A stretch of DNA of 64,000 nt from Eledone cirrhosa (GCA_964016885.1 OZ024740.1:278504001-278568000); one strand, 5' to 3'. Counted from the stretch's first letter, positions 39,753 to 54,014 are shown. Translations and numbers: made by a program. The notes: generated by a model not told the origin, from the sequence alone.

Positions 39753-42072
39753 ATGGAAAGGCACCAATTGGATATGTCGTTAAAAAACATACCTATTCAG
39801 GCAAAAAGGGAATATATTCTAGGTATGATACGAAGGACCAATGATTTTATTCGACGAATCAGATGGAAAACATTCCATTTTGACAAAAGCCGTATAAACC
39901 AAACATCGGATCTTAACAAGGATAAATTTGGATTTAAATCTTACAAGAACCCACCCTCAAACCCACTTTTGGATGCATTTGAACAAGACCTAATGGATAT
40001 GATCATGGAGATCAAATTTACAAAACGTAAGAACAATAAACTACAGAATGACATCACGGCACTGCTCAATAATCTAAAAAACGCCAATGGAGTTATTGTT
40101 AGAGCAGACAAAACATCAAACGTATATACCATGGATGTGGACACTTACAATAACTTCATCCGTAAGGAATTGCATAAAAAATACAGGAAAACTAATGAAG
40201 CCACACTTAAAAACATCAACAACTCGGCATGTGATATTGTTAAAAAACTTTGTATTGACGATAGAACGCAACCCTTAACACCAGCTATACCATCCTTCAA
40301 CCTGAAGGACCACAAGGTAAACTTCGATACTAACCCTAATATTAGACTTATATGCCCCTCTAAATCTGATATAGGTAAAATTAGCAAATATATACTAGAC
40401 AGAATTATCCCCCAAGTTAAGGTTAAAGTAGAGATTAAACTATGGGGTAACACTCATGAAGCAATAAGATGGTTTAACAACATTACTGATAAGAAAAAAT
40501 CAAAATTTATTCAGTTTGATATTGATGAATATTATTCCTCAATTTCACCTGATACTCTACATGAAGCTCTTTCGTTCGCTAAGGATAATTCCGACCTTAC
40601 GGATGCTGAAATTAAAATTATTATGGAAGCGAGAAAAACTATAGTTAAATTCGATGATAGCTACTGGGTTCGCAAAGATAGACCTTCTAATTTTGATATC
40701 ACTATGGGTTCTAATGATTCGGCGGAGGTAACAGATCTTGTGGGAATTTATATCACCCACAGATTACAAGGAAAATTCAAGGATCTCCACGGTGGAATTT
40801 ACCGTGACGATGCGCTCCTATTAGTTAAGAATATGAATAACCAGAATTTAGAAAGGATGCGTAAAAATATCAGAAAACTTTTTAAAGAACTAGGATTAAA
40901 TATTACATTTGAATATAACCTCAAAGAGGTCAATTTCCTTGATGTTACTTTCAATCTCAATACAGATACGATTAAACCGTTCCATAAACTAAATGAGAAC
41001 CTTAAATATGTAAATACGAGTTCTAACCATCCACTCTCTATAATTAAATCCATCCCTAGAAATGTTTCTCTTAGAATCTCCCGCCTATCGTCCAACCAAC
41101 AAACCTTCAAAGAACATGCCGAGTATTATGATGATGCACTTAGGAAAGCCGATCACCTAGATAATATAGAGTATATAGTCAATGATCACCAAAACACCCA
41201 AAATAAATCACATAGGAGTAGAAATAGCACAGAATCACCACCATACATACACTACCGCAATAGACACAAAAATAGTCGCACACCACCAAACAGAAGGCGA
41301 TGTAAGGAGTATATCTGGTACAACCCGGTCTATAACAAATCTATTAAAACCAATCTACCCTCAAAATTCTTTCGATTAGTTAGAAAACACTTTCCAACAT
41401 CACATAAATATAATAAAATCTTAAACCCTAACACCATCCGACTTTCATATTCAACCGCCCCTAATATTGAACAACATATAAAAATGCTTAACGCAAAACG
41501 GTTGTATAAACGCCTTCCAACACATAACAATACACGTAAAACATTAGCTATAACATCACAAAACAACAAACAACATCCTGTCCTACATAAGCAACCTCAT
41601 CAACCCATCCATGGCAATACAACAACGCAAAATTGTAATTGCAACTGTGTCCAACCAGGAATGTGTCCGTTGAACAACCAGTGTCTTGAACGCAACATCG
41701 TATACAAATGTACTATCGAATCGGATAGACAGAAGTGGTACTATGTGGGATCTACAGCCACCTCCTTTAAATCACGCCTTTATAGACATCGTTATTCGAT
41801 AAAACATGAAAACCAGCGTTATGTAACAACACTCGCAGACAAGGCTTGGCAGCTGCGTGAAAATAACCAACAATTTCACCTAAAATGGGATATAATAGCG
41901 ACTGCCCCCCCATAATCCAATGGACAGGAATTTTGTAGATTATGTAATGTAGAATTATTTTGTATTATGAAATCCAAAAACATTTTATTAAATAACAGAA
42001 TAGAGCGATCGTTATACTGTAACCATCGCTTAAAATCTACATTTTCATATTATAAATACTACCAGGATTGAA
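39753..42072 (+). CDS. PLE RT plus GIY-YIG protein, 720 aa to a premature TAA at 41913-41915; natural end at 42072
   Basis: SLKNIP, ADKTSN, FDIDEYYSSI, FDITMGS, GIYRDD, CNCVQPGMCPL, YVGST..FKSR; after the stop, CRLC..CNH continues in frame. Confidence 0.93.
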
Positions 42073-42707
42073 CGCCTGTCTCTATCCCCGTTTGATTGTC
42101 AAAATAGATATGAACATTCTTTATTAGTCTTAATTCTATCAACTCTTCTATTATTTACCTTTTAATACAAACTGCTATAGATAAAATGAGATTTCTGATT
42201 TTTTTATTCAATTCCCTAGTGCAAATACCAGCTGACCACTAGCATTGATGTTATTTAGTAGCAATCGAAATCTCCCCCTTCCCCAATTGACACTTTATGA
42301 TTAATACTACTGCACCAAATGACCAGCCCTGTCCACTGTCCAGTTGGTCAAGTAGAGATTAAAATCGGCACCCCCAAAATTCTTATTTAGATTTACTCAT
42401 GGTATTCTCATTAAAAACCCATTATATACTTGTTTAGCAGTAAATTATTTTACCATCTGTCATATTCTATCCCCTCTGTTCCTTCCTCTTTTACTAATAT
42501 AAATACTTCAATTTTTCTGATTTTATCCAGTTTATCCAAAATCTCTGAAGAAGTGACAACTGATTATACATTTGCTATCGAATACTTGCTAACATTATAT
42601 GATTACGCAAGCAGCGATACATAGGTATTCGGTCTGTTACAGAAACATATGTCAATACCTAATAAATTCCTTTTTTAACAAAAGCACTTTCATTTTATAT
42701 TCATCCT

Positions 42708-42766
<59 letters not shown>

Positions 42767-42807
42767 CGAAACATAAGTCAATTGCATGAACTCATAATCC
42801 TTTATTT

Positions 42808-42863
42808 ACTGCTATATATATTTCGATGATAGCCATTGAATGGCTATGACCTCATCAGGCAGT
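42808..42863 (-). ncRNA. Canonical type I hammerhead ribozyme
   Basis: Minus strand: actgc-CTGATGA-ggtcatagccattcaatggctatcatc-GAAA-tatata-TA-gcagt, then AATAAA. Confidence 0.9.
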
Positions 42864-43980
42864 TAGTCAGTTCTTAGATATGCCAGCTCTGTGTGTATAG
42901 TGTTGATGGTATCAGAGCCTTGGGACATATGAGCTTGTTAGGAATACTTTGATGTTGTCAGCAGGATTGGTCTTGATTCTCATTGGTCATTTTGTAGATG
43001 GTAGTAGGTTGGTATTTGACCTCAAAGAGGCAGGTGGTTCTGTAAGGTTCAAACCGTCAGGCAAGATGACAATAGTTCCACATGACTGATTTTCACAAAA
43101 GGCATTCTTGGTCAGATATATTTTCAAATAAGGTTAATAGTATGAAAGAGATACTACAGGTCATTCTTAAATTGAGGAATTTATGTGGAGTGGTGTTACT
43201 GAAAATTATGTTTGGAGTAGAAAGTTTACAAATAAAAAGGCTTATATAGGTTGGCTTACACTACACTCACACCCACCCCCACAGACACACACACACATCC
43301 ACACATACAAAATGTGGGGTGGTAATACTTAAAATAATGGTTAGAGTCCAATACTTAGATAGTTTAGAAAATTTAGAAATAAAAGGTTTATGCTGGTTCA
43401 CTTGTACATACACTCACACCTACCCCCTCAAACACACACATCTACACACACAAATCCATACAGGTGTGTATATATATATATATATGCATGCATGCATGTA
43501 CGCACAAGTATACACATATATATATATACATGAAATATATATATATACACAGAACATACATATAAATAAAATATATACCAACAAAATTATAAAAAATATA
43601 TATATGCATAGAATAATAACACACACATAAAATATATGCACACGTAAAAGATATATATATATATATTAAAAAAATACACACACACATACACACATATATA
43701 TATATAAAATATATACATACAGATACGCACACATATATAAAATACGCATACATACACATATAAAATACACATATATATACACATGATACATATATACATA
43801 TATATATAAAATCAGGTTCAATAAAACATTGTTTAGATGACTCCTAACCAGTAGAGGATCCGGTGGACCATCCACCATAGGGACCGCAAACCATGGGTGG
43901 TTGTTGTTGTCCATTGGTCATTGGTACGGGGTGTAGGGGACCTACCAGGGAGGGCGGCTTGTGGGAGGCCGTAACCGGGT

Positions 43981-44740
43981 TTATCCATATAGCTTGAAGA
44001 AAGTTCCCGTCCTTAGGTGTCTGCAGGCACCGAATAAGTCGGCCCTTCTGTTTAATAGCTTGGTTCCGCCATGAAGAATATCGAGTGTCGCACTAAGACA
44101 GAGGTTGCAAATTCCAGACCCGCCTCTGTCTGGGGGAACCTTTCGAACCATGGACCAGACCAGAGAGTGCGGGGTCTTTTCAAGTTTGAGCTTCCAGATC
44201 AATTCAGAAAGGGCCGTACATTTCCTTTATCTATTTGTTAAAGGAATGGCGATGATTATACCACCGAGCTTTGAAGCTCGTCGCTGTGGATCCTATGTAG
44301 TGGTGCTCCGAGTTAGAGGTTGTGACCTTGCACCTGTAGACCACGTTTTTGGTCATGCATTCATTACTAAGGGGGCATAGCGATGGGTCTCTGCAATTAC
44401 ATGACTTCTTAAGCCCCACCACATGTACCGCGTGGTTAGCATCACTCGGGGTTGGCTGGGTAGCCTCCGCAATCAGCACAGGGTCGTTGGGTTCCGGTGT
44501 GCTAGTTGGGCCTGTCTGGGTTCCGATGCGTCCCGCGTACTGGTTCTGTTGGGTGGCTCCGGGGTTTACGGTGGTATTAGAGGCAGTGAGCCTATTCCTA
44601 TTTATGCCAGCTATGTGCTGGGCTACGGAGCGTGTGGTTGAGTAGGAAAGTTTCACCGTGTGCCTGTTGAATATTTTATGGTACTTATGGGCCCTAGGGA
44701 AACATATATCCAGTACTCTAAAGAATGTTCTAGCCAGGCT
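43981..44740 (-). pseudogene. PLE GIY-YIG endonuclease, frameshifted
   Basis: ORFs 44231-44806 and 43981-44202. Confidence 0.85.
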
Positions 44741-44862
44741 GATATATATATATAAGGTTAATGATAATGTTACAATAAAAGTAGGTGACAAGTGTAACAT
44801 AAACAAAATATTTCACATTGTTACAATAAAACTGTTATAGGGAAATACTGAATGTTCTTTAA

Positions 44863-45087
44863 CCCTCTAGAATTTAAACCGGCCATATCCGGCCAGAATT
44901 CTCTCACTTCGTCCTGTTTAAACTGGCTGTAACGGGCTGTTCATACTTATGTTAAGGTATTGTTCTCAAAATAAATAATATCAAAGTCTGATAGATTCAA
45001 TATTATGTGAGATAGTTATGCGAGATAAAGTAAGTGTATACCGTAATATTACAATAGTGAATATAGATTAATGTAAATGCTAAAGGG
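44863..45087. mobile_element. piggyBac-type MITE
   Basis: TTAA on both sides; TIR CCCTCTAGAATTTA / TAAATGCTAAAGGG. Confidence 0.75.
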
Positions 45088-45852
45088 TTAAATAATAATA
45101 ACTACTTAAATGAATATCAACTGATTGATCAAATATCCGTACTTAGAGGCAAATGATATTTTCCAGTGAACGCAGACTCCTTTTGTTGTTATTCATATGC
45201 TTCATCAGTCCGCGAGTATAGCAGAAATATTTTTAAATGTCAGCTCATCTACCTATATGTTCGCTAAAGGTAATTTTTTCTGTAGCCGAGAAATGTGTTG
45301 TCTATGGAATGACATTTTAAAGTCCTTTCAGTTTGTCCTATATAATTTGTCTCCACATCCTCAACATGTCAAACTGCCTGAAACTACAATACAAAGCTGT
45401 TTATATTAAAGTGTTACTTCAAACCAGTTCGATAATTCAATCAAAATGGTAGCATATTCGTCACATAAACAGCTGACAAATATCACATGATCCACATAAC
45501 AAGTGCAATGTGTCCCAACACGGAAGAGCCGAACTTCCACTGTCATCGCCTCCATCTCTCCCGCCTCCCCATTTCTCTGTATTGTGAGAAAATGGGGTCC
45601 CACGTGCTGGCCGCTCCACGGCCCCGGTGGACGGAATGGAGAAGGCGTTTCCCCGTGTATTAATTACATTTCCGGATACATAGTCATAATTACACTTTGT
45701 AATATTATCCTTGATCTTCAAACCATTTAAAACATATTCCATAGTTGGATCACTCACATTTTGTAATTGTTTGTTCTGTTGATTTTTAATATAATTTTAG
45801 TATTTATTCACATTCTCCTTGAAGATTCTGGTTGTCTTATGCATATTATAAT

Positions 45853-46034
45853 AATGCTTTCTACTATAGGCGCACGACCAGCAATTTGGGTTGGAGAAAA
45901 AAGTAGATTAAACCGACCCCGGTGCACTATTTATTTTATCGACCTCTGCTGGATTTGAATTCAGGCGGTAAAAGGCCGTAACTCTGTGTTCAAAGCATGG
46001 TGTCTGCCGCTCTACCAATACTGCCAATCCACCG
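45853..46034 (-). mobile_element. SINE family 1, diverged
   Basis: GGATTTGAATTCAG..TACTGCCAATCCACCGC. Confidence 0.7.
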
Positions 46035-46162
46035 CATGCATTTGCACATATATTATAAGCTTCTTTAAAATATATTATAAGTTTTCTTATTTCTATGGTA
46101 TGTGAGTAGAAACTTATGATAACACTTTCAATTTAAGTACATTATTTTGAGTTGTTTATCTT

Positions 46163-46354
46163 GGCCAGTGGATTAGCAGTATCGGTAGAGGGTCGGACGC
46201 CATGCTTTGACGCATAGAGTTACGGCCCTTGCCATTCTGAGTTCAAATCCCGCCGAGGTTAACTTTGCCTTTCATCCTTATGGGGTTGATAAAATAAAGT
46301 ACCAGTAATACACTGGGTAATTGCTGGCCTTGTGCCAAAAGTAGAAACAATTAT
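46163..46354 (+). mobile_element. SINE family 1
   Basis: 22-bp TSD attattttgagttgtttatctt. Confidence 0.9.
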
Positions 46355-46379
46355 TTTGAGTTGTTTATCTTAGTACCCG

Positions 46380-47105
46380 AACATCAATGTTTGTCTCATC
46401 TAATTCCATTACCAAAAGGAATATCGGAAACAACTGTGCATATCCTTTCGGCTAAAATAAATGATAAATTATTTTCTAGTCTGCTTCAGATGACACTAAC
46501 TACCTAAATCAGAAACCATTATTGTGCTAAATGTAGAAACAATTATCTATTCCATAAAGTGGCATTATAAATTCATTTAGATTCTCTGCGTTTGTATTCC
46601 ATAAAATAAAGTAATCATCCAGAAATCTTATCTTTTCTATATTATCAGAAAAATGTTCTATTCTTCTGTAATATTTCTTGATACATTGTTGTTTCCAACT
46701 ATCGCACAACTAAATTTGCGTTATTGCAGCTCCGGATTTTTGCCGATAATTGTTAACATCAAACATAATTAGTTATTATGGAGCGTAAAATTTAATCCGT
46801 TAATTATCAATTCTTTTTCTAAACGTTCCGGGAAGTCATCTGCAAAATTCTTCAGAGAGAATTTTATCGGTATTTTTCCATAATCGCGAGGGATATTTGT
46901 ATATAAACACACTTTATCAAAAGAGACAATAAATTGGCCGTTTCTGGATGTTGATTCAACGTATTTAGGTCGTCTTTCATAAAACTGTTCATGTTTTTAA
47001 CAAATTGTCTCAATAAGATGTCGAAATAGTTATTCAAACAACGAGTTTCACATCCTGGACCTGCTACTGTTATTCTTAATTTTAAATCTTTAAAACATTG
47101 AAACA
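46380..47105 (-). pseudogene. Old Neptune-like PLE RT remnant
   Basis: RITVAGPGCETRCL..DILLRQFV..SFMKD; RFLDDYFILW. Confidence 0.65.
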
Positions 47106-47120
47106 CACACCTGCTGATAT

Positions 47121-47298
47121 TATCGGTAGAGGGTCGGACATCATGCTTTGACGCATAGAGTTACGGCCCTTTCTATTCTGAGTTCAAATCCTCCTGCCGA
47201 GGTCAACTTTGCCTTTCATCCTTACGGGGTCGATAAAATAAAGTACCAGTAATGTACTGAGTAATTGCTGGCCTTGTGCCTAAAGTAGAAACAATTAT
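47121..47298 (+). mobile_element. SINE family 1
   Basis: B box plus MetaSINE-like core and tail gtagaaacaattat. Confidence 0.85.
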
Positions 47299-47305
47299 AG
47301 ATAAG

Positions 47306-47361
<56 letters not shown>

Positions 47362-47364
<3 letters not shown>

Positions 47365-47573
47365 AAAAGTGTCAGGACCCCCAACGGCTGAGCTCCGGCC
47401 GTTTCGACAGTTAGATCCTAACTAAGCCAGCAGTATTAGAACGGCGGGAAATCTAGACGGCTTAGCCGTCGAAGTCCTGACTCTTTTCCCTATTACCCAC
47501 TCTACAACCCTAAGTATTGAGTACTCTGGTGCGTTGTGGTCCACCTGGTATCTTACCACACCTTCTTTTGTTA
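47362..47573. repeat. Foldback element of the 35261 family
   Basis: Shared terminus tattacccactc..ccacaccttc; imperfect arms ggaaaagtgtcaggac / gtcctgactcttttcc. Confidence 0.7.
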
Positions 47574-47592
47574 TATATATATATATATATAT

Positions 47593-47682
<90 letters not shown>

Positions 47683-47686
<4 letters not shown>

Positions 47687-47978
47687 GGTGCATGGTTTAG
47701 TGGTTTGAGAATTGGCTTCACAACTGCGAGTTCGAATCCCTGACCGGACGGTGAGTTGTGTCTTTGAGTAGTATACTTTATTTCACGCTGCTCTTGTTAA
47801 TCCAACTGTAGAAATTAGTTGTGACGTCACTGGTGTAAATTTGTAACGACCTTTGCCTTTCCCTTGTGACATGATGAGCGGAGACAAATATGCATGGGCG
47901 ATTGCTGGTCATCCATAAAACACCTTGATCAAGTTTTGCCTCGCAGAGGAACTTTCTAGGTGCTAAGCTCATGGTCAT
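47683..47978 (+). mobile_element. tRNA-derived SINE family 2
   Basis: TGAAGGTGCATGGTTTAGTGG..GAGTTCGAATCC..CTTTATTTCACGCTGCTC. Confidence 0.7.
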
Positions 47979-49227
47979 ATTCTTCGCATAACATTGTAAA
48001 TAACTTTGGGCTGCTGTTGGCGATATAGATTATATCTTCTCCAATGGCATGCCGCAATCAAACTTTTTTATCACGATGTGAAAGTTTGGGAGCTTCTTTT
48101 TCTTTCTTAATGATCAAGTATTATTTAATAGCTACCTCCTTTTCCTGAAGAGTGAAGGTGTATGCTTTAAGGTGGGATGTGATTTAGCTAACAGTTGTCC
48201 AAAAGTAGCTGCTCTTTATGTCAATGTTGTTGCTATCCTTCAGCTTGTGGGATATGTACCAACGTTTGGAATCTTTGATATTTATGTTCTACATAATACA
48301 AGAATATGAACTTTGAGATATATATAAATTTTAAGACAAACATCTAATGACATTGTTTTTCAATTATCACTCAAATAACTTGATGCTAAAGGTTTTATTC
48401 TGGTATTATAAACACATAATCTAATAGATAAATACAATTTGGAGATCACGCATATGTTTACATTGGACCATCTATATAACGGTTAGATCCATTTGAATAT
48501 TGTTGCTTTCTTTTGAAATACAGGTTCAAACCTATGGCTCATATGCATCCTATTGTGTTAACCATTGGGCCTCGGGCTGAAATTGTAAATTAAGTCCTTG
48601 CCTTTAATGCGATGCCAAAACGTAAGACTTTTCGATAATTTAAAATGAAAATTAAATGTTGCAAGTTTCAGCATTCAATTATTGCAGGTTATTACTTTTG
48701 ACAGAAATTAGCATTAATTATAACCTGTATGAGTTATTAAATATCAGTTTAAGACGTATCTGCTGAACTACAGGACCTGTAAATTAACCATTAATGATTA
48801 CGTTTAGAAATCACTCATCTCTGCAAATCACGTTCATAATTGATTTCTTGAAAGATTGTTTGAAACGAATCTATGCTCCTATGAATAAATGAACTCCATT
48901 AAAAGCGGAGGTAAGAGAATGTGTATTGGTTAAATGTTCTGTAGTTTTTGCATCGATGAGCAACGTAAAATACGTGACATACTTCCAGTAGGATTAGATG
49001 TGTAACTGAAATCATTCTGTTTCCTTTACGCCAATAATAACTTTGAAATAAATGTTTACAAAAAGATTTTGGGATTTTCTGTGCAGTCGGAAAGAATCTG
49101 TGTTAATCTAAGATTAATCTATGTAGTCGTTAAATCTGTTATCAATGACAGTCAAATGTCCTTCATATCGCACATATCTTTCAAGTAAGGAAAGAGCGCA
49201 TTAGATCTCGTAATTCTACATATTACT

Positions 49228-49537
49228 GGCACTCCCTCGGTTACAACGAAGAGTGTTCCAGTTGATAAGATCGATAGACCAGCCTTCTTGTGAAATTTAC
49301 GCGCAGGAAGTGGCTGAAAATTCCACAGTCCCACGTACCCATAAGGAGACTCAGCGTGACTCAGAATGTAACAAAGCTGACCACTTAGAATTACAGATAC
49401 AATTTATTTTTGCCAGCTGAGTGTACTGGAGCAATGAGAACTAAAGTGTTTTGCTCAAAGACACAACGCGCCGCCGATGATGGAACTCATAACCTTATGG
49501 TCGTAAACCGAATACCCTAAATACTAAGCCATGCGCC
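49228..49537 (-). mobile_element. tRNA-derived SINE family 2, diverged
   Basis: GGAGCAATGAGAACTAAAGTGTTTTGCTCAAAGACACAAC..CTAAGCCATGCGCC. Confidence 0.65.
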
Positions 49538-50406
49538 ATATACTGAAAAAGGCTACCGTTACATATTGTTTGTTTTTCTCACAGCGACCTGCCAATCGCA
49601 ATTTTGGAAACTTGAAATAAAGTTGAGTAGCCACATTAGAAAACCATAGTAATACTAAATTTGTGCCTCGGAAAACTTAAAAGTCATCGGTTTCCTAACA
49701 ATTAAAGTCTAACACATAATCTCTGCATGGCGGAGTCTTGCTGAGTTGATGATAATCGGTTTGTTTTCTGGGTTAAGAGTGTAGAGGTTGGTGTTATTTT
49801 GTGTAACATGCTTGAAAAGGTTTTTGTTTGAATCCTCTCTTCCATTCTAACTTTCTAAATACTAACATATTACTTCTTTAAGTTTTCTTTCCATCTTGGC
49901 GAATCCTTTGACGTTTTGATTTCCAATTAGGCAACGCTTTTAATAAAATGGGAAATCACGCCAGCCAACTCGTTTTATATCATCCAGTTTTACTTCTAAT
50001 CGAAGTTTTGGCCAATTTCACAATGTCTCTTTAAAATTCACCCATCATTTTCTCTACATCAAAATCTGTAAACGCATTAACGCAACGTTTGAAATATTAC
50101 TTCCACACTCCATTCATACACTTAAAACTGATATTCTCCTATGCTGCTGCAATATTTTTGCACTGAAAAATGTAGTAATTTTTTTCAGAACACTAATCTT
50201 ATTCACTCTTAATGATATAGCTTTGAAAAACGGTGAATAAAGATACGTTTTAAATGCTAAAGTTCTTTCATCCAAACATACTGAAGGATAAAAGTGGTGT
50301 TAGGTTGCATGTAGATAACACTTATGTCTGGATAAATGTCTTCTGGTAGACACGCTGACCAGGCACATTACCTAGCGTTTGTCGGGTTTCTTTTCGAAGG
50401 CAATAT

Positions 50407-51266
<860 letters not shown>

Positions 51267-51528
51267 TCTATATATATAAATATATATATATATATTATTT
51301 ATATATATATATTTTTTAGGAACGATCGACTTTTTTTTTTTGTCAAATCGGACCGAGGGAACAATGTTTCCGTTGGTCTTTCCAATTGCTAATCCTATCT
51401 ATCGGTCGCAACTCCAGGTTATATATATATATATATATAAATAATATATATATATATATAAATAATATATATATATATATATTATGAAATACTGTTGGCT
51501 TCAGCCTCACAATAAATTCTATACTTTC

Positions 51529-51577
<49 letters not shown>

Positions 51578-51739
51578 ATAGGCTTCTACATTTTTCTTGC
51601 ATCAAATTTCACTCAGAAGTCATTGGTTAACGTAAGATCATAACAGAAGACACTTTTATATTTATACATACATATGTATAAACACACAGACACAGACACA
51701 CACACACACACAAACACACATACATGCATATAAATAAAT

Positions 51740-51844
<105 letters not shown>

Positions 51845-51861
51845 ATATATATATATATATA

Positions 51862-52155
51862 TTTCATTTTTGAATTTGTTTTGCAAGATCTGAAAACGTA
51901 TATTGAAGCAGATATTGTTATACTTTGGGAGAGTCATGCTGCCAATAAAAACACACGCACCTGTTGGTTTTCACTTCAATTTATTATAAATTTCCGGTTG
52001 ATTGGTTCGATAACCGGAATGTTGTTTATATATTATCAAAGCTCTTACGTCACACATTCTGTGACCTCCTCAGGTTTTTTATTTTGTGTCTCTTCTTTGT
52101 TCTGTCCTACACCATCTTATTTTTGTTGGCAGCATCACCCTCCCAAAGTATAACG
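51862..52155 (-). mobile_element. Diverged pLTR of the 31081-31664 family with a decayed HHR
   Basis: Matches 1837-2140; HHR core reads CTGAGGA..GTAA. Confidence 0.65.
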
Positions 52156-52412
52156 ATATATGCAGGATAAAGTGTATTTATAAATAAGAAGAAAGCAATT
52201 TCCCTTCATCAATTGTCTTCTGGACATCATAGATATTTCTATGCATTAAAGACAAGATGCCTAGCTCCAGTGCGTCAATAACTAAAGGAACTTATTGGGG
52301 AAAGATTGGGAGAGAGAGAAAAATGTACAGAAGGGAAAAAAGAAAAGAAAACGGAAAAAATCGGAAAAAAACGTCCCGAAGAGGGAAACATGGGAACCAC
52401 GTGTAGTAGCAA

Positions 52413-52450
<38 letters not shown>

Positions 52451-52452
<2 letters not shown>

Positions 52453-52607
52453 CGAAGGAAATGTGGTAAGGAACCAGGTGGACCATAACGCACCAAAGTA
52501 CTCAATACTTGAGGTAGTAGAGTGGATAATAGGAACCAGTAAGACCCCGACAGCTGAGCTCAAGCCGTTTCGACGGCTTGAGCTCAGCTGTCGGGGTCTT
52601 ACTGGTT

Positions 52608-52610
<3 letters not shown>
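52451..52610. repeat. Foldback element of the 35261 family ending in a perfect 38-bp-arm hairpin
   Basis: aggaaccagtaagaccccgacagctgagctcaagccgt-ttcg-reverse complement (52531-52610). Confidence 0.85.
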
Positions 52611-52641
<31 letters not shown>

Positions 52642-52643
<2 letters not shown>

Positions 52644-53083
52644 GTGAATGTATATATAGTGTATTTTGCAATACACTGTATGCTTAATTAAAAGCATTTC
52701 GAAGACCTTACGCTATTGTTTTAGAGTAGTGACAGTCTCACTTACTTTAAATTTTCAGCAAACAGGGGAGATAAAGCTGACAGAGCTCTGTTTCGTACTT
52801 GTTGGTACTTAGCAAAGCTAAGTACTCCACCTGTTTGCTGAAAATCATGAATGTTTGATTCTCATAGAATTCTAGTAATAATCAGGAACTGATTATACAG
52901 AGCAGTTGCCGGTCAAGTAGAAATTGAAAATTAGAATTGGTGCTCTGAAATAGCGATATATATATGAATGTATATATAGTGTATTTTGCAATACACTGTC
53001 TGCTTAATTAAAAGCATTTCGAAGACCTTACGCTATTGTTTTAGAGTAATGACAGTCTCACTTACTTTAAATTTTCAGCAAAC
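52642..53083 (-). mobile_element. Retrozyme-like non-coding element: 320-bp unit, about 1.4 tandem copies
   Basis: gaatgtatatatagtgtattttgc at 52646 and 52966; HHR remnant 52776-52818; homologous to 9372-9841. Confidence 0.72.
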
Positions 53084-53199
53084 ATATATATATATATAAG
53101 ATATATCTAAGACATGTCTGCATATATATATATGATATATCTACAGCCAATAGTACACACACAAAAATATCCGACGAAATCCATCATTACTTAATACCT

Positions 53200-53650
53200 T
53201 TCGTTTATGCTAACATCAATCTTGAGACCAGATTGTGAACTTTAATTTAAGCAAGGTGGTTTAATGTAATCCCTTTGGAAATGATTGCTTTCTGGGACTT
53301 CCCAAAGCGTCTAAAGGTGAGGTGTAGGCGTCAAAAATGTAGTTAAAGTCGATGAATACAATGTAAATTTGGTTGTTGTATTTAATTGATTTTTCTATAA
53401 TTTACTGCGGGGAAAATATTTCTTCTTTTTTTCCTCCTCATGGCAGATAGTAGCTTGACAACAAGGAAAACAACAAAGAAAGCAGACGTAGAAGTAAATT
53501 TCTATAATGATAGTCGTGAGTAATTTATAGATGTATCTTAGAGAGCCGATAATTTTCCCCTTTTGTTAAAGTACCTATTTTGAAAGCGAATGGAAAATCA
53601 CCAATTGTCGGGATACTATTCAGAAATTTGCGTGGAATATTTTTGGTTGT
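53200..53650 (-). pseudogene. Ancient RTE-like RT remnant
   Basis: 53327-53402 on the minus strand reads IIEKSIKYNNQIYIVFIDFNYIFDA. Confidence 0.55.
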
Positions 53651-54014
53651 TCTCCCCCAGTCTGAAGAAATTCTGTACATATATTACCAAGGTTAGTTTT
53701 TTTATGTTTTAAATTAAACAACATAATCATCTACCTAATATAATGTTATTGCTGGAATGTTAAATTCGCCCTTTGGTAGTTTTGTACCTATTCGTCCTTA
53801 TTTGTTAAGTCAACTCCTAAATCATGCAACTGACTTTACTGATAATAAAGTTAGTTGTACAATGACATTGCTAACCTCAAAATAATCGAGGCTGGAATAC
53901 TTTTGATTAAAAGCTGCTCGATCCGGGATGCTCTGTGGTTGAACAACAATAATTATACAATAACAGTAAAGAAATACATCTCCCTCATATCTCTCAGTTT
54001 ATCGTCTTGAAAAA

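Larger units (their letters stand above)
37377..42711 (+). mobile_element. Near full-length Naiad-type PLE: inverted pLTR, upstream direct pLTR, ORF, 3' pLTR
   Basis: Inverted copy 37377-38406; direct repeats 38404-39596 and 41519-42711 (offset 3115); (TA)n at both ends. Confidence 0.95.
42762..44740 (-). mobile_element. 5'-truncated Naiad-type PLE (linker, GIY-YIG, 3' region, HHR)
   Basis: HKYHKIFNRHTVKLSYS, CNCRDPSLCPL, YIGST, CNLC, CRH; HHR 42808-42863. Confidence 0.88.

Noticed and set aside
41913-41915. Programmed stop-codon readthrough
   Set aside because: The inverted copy has TAT and homologues have Tyr, so this is a point mutation or consensus error.
47980-48330. Possible Tc1 transposase remnant on the minus strand
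   Set aside because: Only a faint resemblance, with no TIRs or DDE motif found.
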